Below are positions 9,250-19,625 of a stretch of 46,743 nucleotides of DNA, piece after piece. Numbering within the stretch: the first letter of the stretch is position 1; each line of letters begins with the position of its first letter. The notes beneath the pieces are model-generated. The model saw only the letters and a program-made list of their open reading frames with translations, did not search any database and was not told the DNA's origin. The translations under genes and the position numbers were made by a program. The stretch comes from Candidatus Micrarchaeota archaeon (GTDB taxonomy: Archaea; Micrarchaeota; Micrarchaeia; Micrarchaeales; CABMGC01): NCBI GenBank assembly GCA_021803425.1, contig JAJZLN010000014.1:1-46743 (forward strand). Direction: 5' to 3'.

Positions 9250-11106
9250 ATGGTAGTTACCAAGTACAAGGAGAGCAAGAAGCTTGCAGTATCTCTCATA
9301 CTATTTTTAATTTCAATAAGCTACAACTCTTCCTTTTTTTCAGAGTCCGGCCTTATAATAAAGGCAATATATGCTTCAATAATAATAGTGTATACTGTAT
9401 GCTTTGGCCTATCAAGCCGCAAGAAATCTAAAAACAACAGTCTCAATGCTCTTTTTATCGCATCAATCATATTGTTCGTAGCTTCAACATTAATCCAGTA
9501 CCAAACAGCTATATATGTCATAAACAGTTACACTGCCATTTTTTCAATATCCATATTTTTAATGTTCTATCTTCTATTTTTCTTGATTAGCCTGCATTCA
9601 TTTGTAAAATCCCGCAAAGTAAAGCTTGTTCTCATGCTCGCAATGGTTCTGATAGTGGTCATATACTTTACCCATATTGCGTTCACAACAGATGATGAAA
9701 TTGCAATAGGATATTATGGCGCAAAATCCTTTCTTTCAGGTATAAATCCGTATTCCATAAATGTGGCAAGCCTTTTAAACAAAATATACCTTCCAAGCGG
9801 AATTACAATAACATCCGGCAATACTGTAGTTGGCATAGTGGATTATCCTGCCCTATACTTCTTGATAAACGTCCCTTTCATATTGCTATTCAATTCTAAC
9901 ATAAACAATCTATGGCAAAGCATGATGCAGTATGAAGCAATGGCATTTTCTATTGTATTCCTGCTTTCTGTCGCAGCGCTATATAAAAAAGGCGCATTAA
10001 ACCAGAATGTCATTGCCTATGCCTCATTTGCTTTGTTTCTGGTAAACCTATCGGCGATTCTAAACATATTAATGCTTGCATTGCTTATATTTGTCTATAC
10101 TGATTTTGGGGAAAAATATCTCTGGCTGCCAATCGGAATAATGCTTTCCCTGCAGCAACAATTATGGCCCATCTCAATATTATTTCTCGCATACTCTATG
10201 AACACAAAGGGCCTGCGCAAAGGGGCAACCGACGCGCTTGGCGCCATGGCAATATTTTTCATAATAAACAGTTATTTTATAATAAACGGCCCAGTAATTT
10301 ACTTCGGCAATATATTCACGACCCTTTCGAGTCCGCTGCCTTCTGCCACAGCTATAATCGGCCATTTCCTAATATCAAATTACAGCATACCTCTTTCCTC
10401 ATTTAATATAATCTTCTTTGCAACATTTGCCATTACGCTACTCCTATCACTATATATTAACAAGAAGAGCGTCATACCGTTGCTCAGCATAATCCCGTTT
10501 CTTTTCCTCAGCCACATAATATTCATTTATTTTGCAATGCCAATTGCTCTCTTTGCCTTCATAATATACAAAAATCAGAAGGAAGAGCAGGGCATGATCA
10601 CGAAAGAAGTAAACGGAAGCAGGAAGTTCAAGTATTTTTTTATATCCATTATAGCTGCAATAATGATTTTTATTGTAATATTCATTGTTTATTCGCATAA
10701 TCTGAATCAAGATAGCTTTAATATTTCAATATACGGACAATCCGTCACACACAAATCTGGAGAAAACTATTCATACAGTTCAATGCTGCGTTATAGCGGA
10801 AATAATCACACCCTATCATATGCCATGTTTGAAATAAACAATGGCAAAAATTCTTACTATGTTGATCTATTTAGCAAAAATAGGGACATATATGTGGTCC
10901 CAGTTGCAACCACAATTAATTCTTTGCCAACAGACACCTCAGAATGCGCTGCAGTATGCCCAAATCCTAACGGATTCTATCTTTCAAACGGCACTTATGA
11001 AATGTCAGCAAATCTTAGCTTAAACTTAAGCGGAAGCGCGTATATAACTCCAATAATATACAGCAGCAATCATTATTATCAGGCCAAGTCATTTCTAATC
11101 AGATAG
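9250..11106 (+). CDS. Multi-pass GT-C fold membrane glycosyltransferase-like protein with a C-terminal extracellular domain
   Basis: Many TM helices; TTDDE acidic motif after a TM, GINPY, and DYPALYFL, as in GT87/PIG-M-like lipid-linked sugar transferases; AT-rich. Confidence 0.6.
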   Translation: MVVTKYKESKKLAVSLILFLISISYNSSFFSESGLIIKAIYASIIIVYTVCFGLSSRKKSKNNSLNALFIASIILFVASTLIQYQTAIYVINSYTAIFSISIFLMFYLLFFLISLHSFVKSRKVKLVLMLAMVLIVVIYFTHIAFTTDDEIAIGYYGAKSFLSGINPYSINVASLLNKIYLPSGITITSGNTVVGIVDYPALYFLINVPFILLFNSNINNLWQSMMQYEAMAFSIVFLLSVAALYKKGALNQNVIAYASFALFLVNLSAILNILMLALLIFVYTDFGEKYLWLPIGIMLSLQQQLWPISILFLAYSMNTKGLRKGATDALGAMAIFFIINSYFIINGPVIYFGNIFTTLSSPLPSATAIIGHFLISNYSIPLSSFNIIFFATFAITLLLSLYINKKSVIPLLSIIPFLFLSHIIFIYFAMPIALFAFIIYKNQKEEQGMITKEVNGSRKFKYFFISIIAAIMIFIVIFIVYSHNLNQDSFNISIYGQSVTHKSGENYSYSSMLRYSGNNHTLSYAMFEINNGKNSYYVDLFSKNRDIYVVPVATTINSLPTDTSECAAVCPNPNGFYLSNGTYEMSANLSLNLSGSAYITPIIYSSNHYYQAKSFLIR

Positions 11107-11146
11107 ATATCTTTTTAACCTTTAATTTGGATATAAATCTGGTTTA

Positions 11147-11884
11147 ATGGCCAGCGTAATAGACAAGGCATCTGAGGTATATACCGAAAAGATAAGCCTC
11201 GTACTCTTATTTTCAATCCCCTTCATCATAGCGTTTGCAATACCACTGCTCGCCCCGCTTCCAACTTACATAAGCGCAGGTGCAATATTCCTCAGGAGCG
11301 CAAGCCTGTTCGTGAATGGCAGCATAAATGTAATAGACCTTAGCGTGATCACAATATCATCGATATTCTCGCTCCTCTTCCTCAGCTTCGCATTTGTGCT
11401 CATAAGCCTGCTTGTCAAGTCAAAGCGCACGCATTCAACCATAGGCAAGAGGGCCTTTAACAACATAGAAACTTACATAGGAAAGGTATTCACAATACTG
11501 TTTGCATATGCTGTCGTGCTCGTCATTGCGAATATTGTAGGATATTCGCTAGGCGCATCCGCATTGCTTACCGGCATTGTCGGATTCTTCCTCTTTGCTC
11601 TTCTCTTCTATGCCCCAAGCGCGGTTGTTATAGATGACAAGAAGGTGTGGCGTGCGGTCAAGGACAGCGTAAAGCTCGTCCTGCATGAGCCGCAGTACTT
11701 CCTGCTCTGGCTTGTGCTGACAACTATAATCGTATCCGCAGTGGATGTTGCAAGCATCGCAGTTTTTGGCACATATCTTTCTCCATATGTAACCCTCATA
11801 ATAAATTCTCTGTTTGTAGTGCCGTATTTTGTAATTTTCCAGGCAGAGGCATATATGGAGAGATTCAGGCTGCTAAGGCACTGA
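11147..11884 (+). CDS. Multi-pass membrane protein of unknown function
   Basis: About 6 TM helices; FYAPSAVVIDDKKVWRAVKDSVKLV pattern of a widespread membrane-domain family. Confidence 0.75.
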   Translation: MASVIDKASEVYTEKISLVLLFSIPFIIAFAIPLLAPLPTYISAGAIFLRSASLFVNGSINVIDLSVITISSIFSLLFLSFAFVLISLLVKSKRTHSTIGKRAFNNIETYIGKVFTILFAYAVVLVIANIVGYSLGASALLTGIVGFFLFALLFYAPSAVVIDDKKVWRAVKDSVKLVLHEPQYFLLWLVLTTIIVSAVDVASIAVFGTYLSPYVTLIINSLFVVPYFVIFQAEAYMERFRLLRH

Positions 11885-11911
11885 TATGTCATTCATTCAA
11901 CAAAATTTTCT

Positions 11912-11927
11912 AAAGATTTTTAATATC
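11912..11927 (+). promoter_or_regulatory. Probable BRE-TATA promoter of the CedA-like operon
   Basis: aaagaTTTTTAATAtc about 25-30 nt upstream of ATG 11948, consistent with a leaderless or short-leader transcript. Confidence 0.45.
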
Positions 11928-11947
11928 TCTATAGTGAATATCTAAAC

Positions 11948-13249
11948 ATGCGAATTGGGCATATTGCGCTGTTCATAATTATAATGCTATTTTCAGGCGC
12001 AGCTCTGCTTTCTGCGCAATCTCAGCCAGCCGTCAACATTGCACAACGTCCATCCTCAAGCATACCTCCAGAGTGCAGTCCAAGCAGCATTGGAAACATA
12101 ATGTCAAATTCCGGATCCGCGATCGGCATTGCGCTCCTGGCTTTAACAGTATCATTTGATGTTGTCGCAATCGCATACATGATAAACAAGCTATTCCCTT
12201 CGTCGGGAGTCGGTAACTGGATACAGAATGAATACTGGGAGATAGCAAAATCCGCGATAATAATTGTGTCAATTTTTGCTATAATAACGCTAGTTGGCAA
12301 CCTTACATATGCCATTGTGCCAACAGCATTCTCATCTACTTCACAGGTCTCCGGGTTCACTGATATCACTCCGTTGATAAACGGCGCAGAAAATTATCTA
12401 TGCACGGTCAATGCCAATACCTATAATGTGTGGGAGCTTATGGGCATAATGTCTGCAGGTACGGGTTTTTGGTCAACTTTTCAGGTAAGTGCATATGATC
12501 CTTTTTCTTCAATAGCTTCCGTAATACTCTCAGCCGGCTATTTAGCGTTTTTTTACGGCGCCAACATAATGCCATTCAGTAACTGGATGCTTCAGTCAGG
12601 CAACTTCATGATTGCGCCATTCGGATCTATAATAAACGACTTCATCAATTTCGTAATGTTCCCATTCACCTCTTTCAACCTCGGCCTTATAACGCTTCTT
12701 CCGTCTTTGGCTACAATAGGCTTGATGTTTCTTATACCTATGGGGCTTGTATTCCGCGCCCTTCCTTTCATAAGGGGGATAGGCGGCACGCTTATAGCAC
12801 TAGGCATAGGATTATGTATAATCCTGCCAAGCGTCCTTCTACTGTTCAATTATCCTATCACAAATGCGCTAACATCAGCAATCCCGTTAGTCTATTCCAA
12901 TCCAAATAATAATCTACCTTCATATTCCTGCCCGTTTAGTAGCGTTTCCGGAACTTTTGGATTTATACTTAAATTTGGATGTATACTTTTTCCAGCTACC
13001 TATTTAGTTTCTATTTTGCCACTAGGTAGCAACTATGTAGGACAGATTGGTTTTTCATCTGCAGTATTCAATACGAACGCCATTTTTTACTATATGAATT
13101 ATATTGTAAACTACGGTGCATATGTCATAGTGCAGCTTCTGCTGCTCGTTATGGACATAATAATAATATATCCGTTGGTAAATGAGACTGCGAAGATGAT
13201 GGGTGGAACAATAAGGCTTCAGATCGGTGGCAAGCTTAGGCTGGCATGA
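11948..13249 (+). CDS. CedA/VirB6-like polytopic membrane protein, paralogue 1
   Basis: N-terminal pilin-like hairpin; core motif GLVFRALPFIRGIGGTLIALGIG; C-terminal ETAKMMGG. Confidence 0.7.
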   Translation: MRIGHIALFIIIMLFSGAALLSAQSQPAVNIAQRPSSSIPPECSPSSIGNIMSNSGSAIGIALLALTVSFDVVAIAYMINKLFPSSGVGNWIQNEYWEIAKSAIIIVSIFAIITLVGNLTYAIVPTAFSSTSQVSGFTDITPLINGAENYLCTVNANTYNVWELMGIMSAGTGFWSTFQVSAYDPFSSIASVILSAGYLAFFYGANIMPFSNWMLQSGNFMIAPFGSIINDFINFVMFPFTSFNLGLITLLPSLATIGLMFLIPMGLVFRALPFIRGIGGTLIALGIGLCIILPSVLLLFNYPITNALTSAIPLVYSNPNNNLPSYSCPFSSVSGTFGFILKFGCILFPATYLVSILPLGSNYVGQIGFSSAVFNTNAIFYYMNYIVNYGAYVIVQLLLLVMDIIIIYPLVNETAKMMGGTIRLQIGGKLRLA

Positions 13250-14475
13250 TACTTATGTTACCTATTTTACTATCAACTAATGCATATGGCGGAAGCACGT
13301 GCATATTCGGAGGCACGCCAACAGCTTCAGGCAGTCTGAACACGAACAACTGGATACAGATAAACCTTATAGTAGTTCTGATGTCCTTCACAATAGCCGG
13401 GCTTGTATATTCTCTTTCCAATCTATTTCCTACCTCAATGAGGGAAAAGCTAAAAGGTGCAGCTAAGGTTGAGTCATTCCAGGGCATGATAAGCATAGGT
13501 ATAATACTTGCCCTTATAGCTCTTTCTTCAGTTTCGTGCAATATCGGTAATTCCATAGCAGCGCAGTCTTCGTCGCTCACAAACATAGCCTATCAGTCGC
13601 CAATGCAGTTCTCTACCTCTTATGTAAACTACCTCATGTTTGACAGAGGGCTTTCGCTGTTTTCAGACATATATGCAGAAACAATAAAGCTTGTAATATC
13701 CGGCAACATAGCAGACAGCCTTCAAGAGCAGTTGCATTCACTTGTCATAACGCCTCTTCTTGGGGAGGGGATTGGAATCGGGCAGGACATATATGGCGTA
13801 TTTTTCGGATTCAGCGGCGCGCTTACCGGTGCATTTGTTCCGCTAATAATTGTAACTTTCGGCATAATTTTTACAATATTCCTTATATTATCCATGTCAA
13901 ATTCGCTAGCGCTTACTGTGGTGGTTCCTATTTCAATAATACTCCGATCCATACCGTTTGCAGGCCCAAAGCTGCGGGAGTCGGCAGACACTATCCTTGC
14001 ATTGGCAATAGGGTTTTACTTCATATTGCCGCTTGCAATAATAATGAATTCGTATATTACTGCATGGATTTTCACGCCCTGTGCAGCAAATACGCTAATA
14101 TGCAATCCCTACGCGTATTATAATGCGCCATATTCGTTGCAGCAGCTTCCTATAAGTAACATATTCAATTCCAATCCGCAATCTCTTTCCGGAGGCGGAC
14201 CTTTGTCAAGTTTCGGGCTTTCATCAGCATTTCTTAGCAGCGGATTTGCCGGATCAGGCATATTGGGCGGTTTTGAGATACTGCTTCAGACCCTTGTGAA
14301 TTTCCCCTCGGTAATAATAAACTATTCGCAGCAGACTGCTCAATATATCTTTGAAGGAATAGTGCTTATGGGATTAGATCTTGCAATAACCCTTGCTTTT
14401 GCACAGGGATTAACTAAAGCTCTTGGATCCGCAAGCAGGATCGTTGGAGTAGGGCCTTTCTGGGGGAATGTATGA
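13246..14475 (+). CDS. CedA/VirB6-like polytopic membrane protein, paralogue 2
   Basis: SIILRSIPFAGPKLRESADTILALAIGFYFILP; C-terminal GLTKALGS; ATGA overlap with the previous gene. Confidence 0.7.
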   Translation: MILMLPILLSTNAYGGSTCIFGGTPTASGSLNTNNWIQINLIVVLMSFTIAGLVYSLSNLFPTSMREKLKGAAKVESFQGMISIGIILALIALSSVSCNIGNSIAAQSSSLTNIAYQSPMQFSTSYVNYLMFDRGLSLFSDIYAETIKLVISGNIADSLQEQLHSLVITPLLGEGIGIGQDIYGVFFGFSGALTGAFVPLIIVTFGIIFTIFLILSMSNSLALTVVVPISIILRSIPFAGPKLRESADTILALAIGFYFILPLAIIMNSYITAWIFTPCAANTLICNPYAYYNAPYSLQQLPISNIFNSNPQSLSGGGPLSSFGLSSAFLSSGFAGSGILGGFEILLQTLVNFPSVIINYSQQTAQYIFEGIVLMGLDLAITLAFAQGLTKALGSASRIVGVGPFWGNV

Positions 14476-16127
14476 AAAAGAATATCACGCTCTTAATCGT
14501 ATTAAGTGCTCTTTTAGCCAATATGCTTTATGCCTCCACCCCGCAGCTCAACGGATCATATTCCATGTTCCAGGACTGGTTTCCAGTATTGACTACTGCA
14601 GCCATGGCTGTTTTCATGATCGCTTCATTATTCTACATGGCAGGCTATATGCTTAATAACAATAAGCTGAAGGGAATTGCAGTAAACGAGTTGCAGCAGG
14701 CTGCAGGAAGCATTCTTCTTCTTATAATAACAATCGGGGTTCTATATCTTGTAGGCACAACTACGGGATTGAGTTTTTCTAATCTACTTTCAAGCAATCA
14801 GCAGTCAGGGATAAATACCATATGCAATACATATTTAGCTGGAGATTTCGGAAGTTCTGGAAATACTTATCCAATAGATTTTTTAAGCAGCTCCTATACT
14901 GATCCGAATTCCGGATTGCGTGGCCCGACAAACTCAGTTTGCTCTCTTGTAGCTGGTAGTGGAAACTCCGATTCCATAACAAAAAACATAGATTATGGTC
15001 TAGGTGCTATGTATGTAATAATAGCTAACATGTCAAATCAGACAGTAGGCCAGATAAATGCCATGTATAATCTTGAAAGCATAACATTCTTTCTCAGGAA
15101 TCTCATATTTTTTGTCGGCGTGTGCACTCCGGCCGAATGCCTTCTTCCGTTTGGGAATGAAGAGTCTTCAGAGATAATACTTAGCTACAAGCCGTATGAT
15201 GGCTATGTTCTTCAGAGAACTATAATGCCAACCCTCAATACCCAGGAAATCATGTCATTTTACCTTTTTCTGCTCCAGCTAATAATAATACTAATATTGA
15301 TGATGGGGTGGCCTGTGCTTTTGGGTGCTGCTATTGTGCTTCGTGCAATACCAATCACACGCGCAGCCGGTGGCCTTATATTTGCGGGTACAATAGTCGG
15401 TATCATAATATGGCCTACAATTTTCCTTATAGAATATCATTCGCTCAATAGCTTCCAGTCTCCATCGATAGGTAGCGGAGGCAGTATACCTGGATTCCCG
15501 ATATGCGGGGAAGCTACAAATCCAACATACCTGTACTGTTATACCAGTGCAAAAAGCGTAAGCTACAACGACGTTTACAAAATGATGCCTTCCACAACAA
15601 TTCCAAACGGTTTGCCAAATCCCAATACTCTATCTAATCCCAATGGGGTGATACCTGCGTGCAAAAGCATACCAACCTCCAATTCTCAATCTACAACTTG
15701 TTTTGTACAGAGAAGTTTAAGCATGTTTGTATTTCCTCCAGCAAGCCAGATAATAAGCCTCTATGCCTGCTATCCCACATCATCTAATATATTTCCAGTA
15801 GAAATGGCAATCCTTACCGGGGCGCTTGCAAATGTGGCTTCACTTCCATTCACCTTTTTAACCTCATTATTCTCTTCAAGCCTGTCTGCATCTTCATTTT
15901 CATTTGTTTCGTTCCTTCCAGTTATTGGAAATACTTGCGCAGGTACCATCGGTCCATTCAACATATATTCAGCATACATATCCCTTGCCAACCTCTATGG
16001 CCTGATGTCCGTATCTGCATTTATCATACCGATATTAAATGGATTGCTCCTCATATCAGCCACTACCGGGCTTTCTTCCCTGATAGGCGGAGAGAAAACA
16101 ATAATAGGCTTAAGCAGGTTTATCTAG
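14472..16127 (+). CDS. CedA/VirB6-like polytopic membrane protein, paralogue 3
   Basis: AIVLRAIPITRAAGGLIFAGTIVG; C-terminal GLSSLIGGE; ATGA overlap; Cys-rich loops. Confidence 0.7.
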   Translation: MKKNITLLIVLSALLANMLYASTPQLNGSYSMFQDWFPVLTTAAMAVFMIASLFYMAGYMLNNNKLKGIAVNELQQAAGSILLLIITIGVLYLVGTTTGLSFSNLLSSNQQSGINTICNTYLAGDFGSSGNTYPIDFLSSSYTDPNSGLRGPTNSVCSLVAGSGNSDSITKNIDYGLGAMYVIIANMSNQTVGQINAMYNLESITFFLRNLIFFVGVCTPAECLLPFGNEESSEIILSYKPYDGYVLQRTIMPTLNTQEIMSFYLFLLQLIIILILMMGWPVLLGAAIVLRAIPITRAAGGLIFAGTIVGIIIWPTIFLIEYHSLNSFQSPSIGSGGSIPGFPICGEATNPTYLYCYTSAKSVSYNDVYKMMPSTTIPNGLPNPNTLSNPNGVIPACKSIPTSNSQSTTCFVQRSLSMFVFPPASQIISLYACYPTSSNIFPVEMAILTGALANVASLPFTFLTSLFSSSLSASSFSFVSFLPVIGNTCAGTIGPFNIYSAYISLANLYGLMSVSAFIIPILNGLLLISATTGLSSLIGGEKTIIGLSRFI

Positions 16128-16134
16128 TGATGCA

Positions 16135-17304
16135 ATGAAATACCTATTGCCAATAGTCTTTGCTGTTCTCTTATTAAGTTTGGCTATGGGTCAAAGCTCC
16201 TCTTCCACTCAAAATCTATTAAGTACTCCTACCGCAATCTGTGGCCAAATATTCCCTTCAAATCCTTCACAGAGCTATGCTGGCAAAATTGCAACAATAG
16301 CAAATTACAATTCTTTTGTATCAATATCCATTCTCATAATACTAATGGTGTTTACTGTTCTATCAATCGTATATGCAATCGGCTATTCATTCCAATTTCA
16401 ATCGTTAACTACATTTGCAAAAACCGAATTTCTTGAAAACGGCATAAACCTAATAATACTGGCTGCCGTAGGAGGCACCATGGCATTGGCCTGGCCCGGC
16501 CTAAACTTTTTTGCAGGAATTGCTGGACTTTCAAGCACTTCTGCTGTTGTACAACCATCAACTTTGGCGTTTTTCACTCAAATGTGCAATAACATCAACA
16601 CCAATGTTATAAATAGCGGATTTAGTAATTGGTTTGGGGTATTCAGCGCATTATTCTTCACAAACGCTCTGGCATCAGGTTCGCCTCCTTCTGGAGGATT
16701 TGGAGTGTATCTGATGCCAAATCTTCTAGGCGTTGCTTTTTTGCCTTTTCAGGGCCTTTCAGTGCTGCAACAGCTTCTATGGGATGAACAATCTGCATAT
16801 TTTGGCAGCATGATGCTCGGAATGTTTTTAATAGTCCTTCTATTTATCATATATTATCTATTTCCTCTATTTTTTTATGTTGGAATTGCTTTGAGATCGT
16901 TTCCTTGGACAAGGGCAGCAGGCGGATCATTCATCGCCCTATTTATTGCATTTTATATAATATTTCCGGCAATACTGTTTCCATTTACAAGCATACAGGG
17001 CACTGTGTTATGCAATCAATCAAACACAAAAGCAACGAGTTTATGTAATTCTGAAACTTTAATAAATCAAGAAGCCAATCCAAGTGCCTTTCTTCACGAT
17101 TTGGAGAGTATGCTATTTTCAGATTACGGCTCCATATACTACCAAAACATTTACGCATTCGCTGTAGGGCTTGAAGCGACAGGCGTAAATCTTTTTGGAT
17201 TTATAATATCTCTTCTAATATCATATGAGGCAGTTGAGAAGCTCGGAGGCATACTAGGCGCGCCATCATTGCAAGGTTCGAGAGCATTGAGCAGGATATT
17301 ATGA
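16135..17304 (+). CDS. CedA/VirB6-like polytopic membrane protein, paralogue 4
   Basis: GIALRSFPWTRAAGGSFIALFIAFYIIFP; C-terminal KLGGILGA. Confidence 0.7.
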   Translation: MKYLLPIVFAVLLLSLAMGQSSSSTQNLLSTPTAICGQIFPSNPSQSYAGKIATIANYNSFVSISILIILMVFTVLSIVYAIGYSFQFQSLTTFAKTEFLENGINLIILAAVGGTMALAWPGLNFFAGIAGLSSTSAVVQPSTLAFFTQMCNNINTNVINSGFSNWFGVFSALFFTNALASGSPPSGGFGVYLMPNLLGVAFLPFQGLSVLQQLLWDEQSAYFGSMMLGMFLIVLLFIIYYLFPLFFYVGIALRSFPWTRAAGGSFIALFIAFYIIFPAILFPFTSIQGTVLCNQSNTKATSLCNSETLINQEANPSAFLHDLESMLFSDYGSIYYQNIYAFAVGLEATGVNLFGFIISLLISYEAVEKLGGILGAPSLQGSRALSRIL

Positions 17305-18398
17305 TTACACCAACACAATCAATAATTAACATTGCCCTATCTGCATCATGTATAAATAATCCTGTTTGCCTCTTTACTTCCGCCCCAAACATATGGTTTC
17401 CAATAGTATTATTGGGAGTCTTAGTTGTGATATCTGTAGTTGCAATCATATATGCTCTAGGTCCGCTTTTAGGCAGGAATGATATAAAGATATGGGCAAG
17501 AGCAAAGATTTATGATGCACTTGTAACAATCGTGTTAGCAATAATATTCCTAAGCTTCTCTACAGCCTTATATTCTACCGATCCAACTTCATTATATAGT
17601 GCTATAGGCATAATTCCTAAATCATGTATTTATCCTAGCTCAATTTCACAGTCACCTACCAATTTGTATAGTATATCATTATGCGACATTTATACATTCA
17701 ATCAAAACGTCGCTTCTTTCAGCACTTCAGTATTCTGGATGTCTGTTCTACTTGACTTTACGCCTTCCATATCTGGTTCATTTCCGACTGGGTCAGTAAC
17801 TCCAATAAATGCCCGATCTTATGGAACAGGAATCTCATATTCAGTTTCACTTCTTCCGATAGTCCTTGTGCATCAATATATAGTGCCATTCATGACCGCT
17901 TACTTTGTCGCAGTCCTTGCATCGCAGGTGCTGCAGGTTCTTCTCAGTGCGGCAATGCTTATCTTTTCGGTATTCCTAATATTGGGTCTTCTTGCAAGGT
18001 CATTCGGAGTTACTAAGAGTTTTGGCGGAAGCATGATTGCGTTTGGCCTGGGGCTGGGTTTCGTGTATCCGCTTGTAGTGAGCATAAGCTACGGGTTTTT
18101 GAATGTAGTTATTGAAAATGTCGGAAATGCTGCTTTTGGGATCGGATCGCTGTCTGGTTTATCTCTTTTCATATTCAATGCCGTACCTCTGTTGATTTCT
18201 TCAGTCTTTTCTGGAAGTTTACTAAATGGAATAGAAACCTTATTTACTCCTGTAATATTTTATGGTGGCTTTATTGCTGCAGGGCTTCTAATAATACCGC
18301 TATTAAATCTGGTTATAGTGGACGCATTCATATCTGATTTTTCAAGGTCGATAGGCGAAAGGATGGACCTGTTTTCAATACTTACTAGAATAATATAG
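17301..18398 (+). CDS. CedA/VirB6-like polytopic membrane protein, paralogue 5
   Basis: GLLARSFGVTKSFGGSMIAFGLGLGFVYP; C-terminal DFSRSIGE; ATGA overlap. Confidence 0.7.
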   Translation: MITPTQSIINIALSASCINNPVCLFTSAPNIWFPIVLLGVLVVISVVAIIYALGPLLGRNDIKIWARAKIYDALVTIVLAIIFLSFSTALYSTDPTSLYSAIGIIPKSCIYPSSISQSPTNLYSISLCDIYTFNQNVASFSTSVFWMSVLLDFTPSISGSFPTGSVTPINARSYGTGISYSVSLLPIVLVHQYIVPFMTAYFVAVLASQVLQVLLSAAMLIFSVFLILGLLARSFGVTKSFGGSMIAFGLGLGFVYPLVVSISYGFLNVVIENVGNAAFGIGSLSGLSLFIFNAVPLLISSVFSGSLLNGIETLFTPVIFYGGFIAAGLLIIPLLNLVIVDAFISDFSRSIGERMDLFSILTRII

Positions 18399-18402
18399 TG
18401 TT

Positions 18403-19530
18403 ATGATGAAATACAAACTTCTAATATTTGCATTTATTGCTTCAATAATAGTTGCAAGCATAAATTCTCAGGCTACGCCTTCATACTGTTCCCAGGGTAC
18501 TACACAAGTCCCTGGCGGTATAGTCTACCAGTATGCGCAATGGTATTGCGTCAAAGGCGGAATAAATGATACTATAGTCAGCGAGTGGAGCGCATGGCTT
18601 CCTGTTGCAATTCTTGCAGTTTCTCTTGCATACGCTATAGCGACCATAATATTCATGTTCGGGGTAGCGCTAAAGAACGACCGTTTAAGGACATTTGGCA
18701 TAGGTGAGATGTACGAAGCCACCGCATCAGCCGTAATCGTAATATTCTTCTTATTCATTGCAGGCGTGCTGTTCGGCCTTCTTCCATCAGTAGTTACGGG
18801 TCAGATAGACCCATATACCACAGCGCTGAACTACATATCCGGAACAATTGCAACTTCATATTCTACTGCTGCAACTCTTTTTAATGTCGCAGTGATAGAT
18901 AAAATGTATACTACATTTACAATAAATGGAGATGCAGGCGGAGTTGGTCCTGCAGGTCAATTTATTACTAATGCAGTGCCTGCAATATCCTCGCTGCTGA
19001 CTGCTCCTATAACCTACCTTTTCTTCTGGCCTGCCTTTACCATAGTTGCATTCATGTTTGAAGCGGTAATCTCTCTTTCAGTCCAGTTCTATCTTTTGGT
19101 ATTCTTCATGCAGGCTGCAGTACCCGTATTTCTCATACCCGGAGTCATATTCAGGGCCTTCATACCCACCCGGCACCTTGGCGGCATGATGATGGCCATT
19201 GCTATAGGTTTTTATTTCATAATGCCTCTGCTATTCTCCATAGCTTATTATTATACATCTTCAAGCGTGATAACCCAGCTAAATCTTGTGCAGTCCGAGC
19301 TGAATCAGTATGGTACTACTGGAACTGGATCTGTCAATGCAGCAGCTACAGCCTCATCTCCTCTTGATGCCACACTTAGTCAGATGCAGAGCACATTCGG
19401 CCCGTTCTGGCTTTCAATATTATTTTTCCCAGCGCTGATAATAGCACTTACATACACATTGATAACGCAGATAGCGGAGCTGCTAGGGGGAATGGCAAAA
19501 ACTTCCGGAAGGCTCAGGTCCCTAGTTTAG
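18403..19530 (+). CDS. CedA/VirB6-like polytopic membrane protein, paralogue 6
   Basis: GVIFRAFIPTRHLGGMMMAIAIGFYFIMP; C-terminal QIAELLGG. Confidence 0.7.
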   Translation: MMKYKLLIFAFIASIIVASINSQATPSYCSQGTTQVPGGIVYQYAQWYCVKGGINDTIVSEWSAWLPVAILAVSLAYAIATIIFMFGVALKNDRLRTFGIGEMYEATASAVIVIFFLFIAGVLFGLLPSVVTGQIDPYTTALNYISGTIATSYSTAATLFNVAVIDKMYTTFTINGDAGGVGPAGQFITNAVPAISSLLTAPITYLFFWPAFTIVAFMFEAVISLSVQFYLLVFFMQAAVPVFLIPGVIFRAFIPTRHLGGMMMAIAIGFYFIMPLLFSIAYYYTSSSVITQLNLVQSELNQYGTTGTGSVNAAATASSPLDATLSQMQSTFGPFWLSILFFPALIIALTYTLITQIAELLGGMAKTSGRLRSLV

Positions 19531-19625
19531 CAACACTTAGCTAGAAATACAATATTGTTTATGGGCTGGATGGCCACCAACCTATTTATATCAAGTGTGA
19601 TAATAAATTAATAGGGTAAATATCA

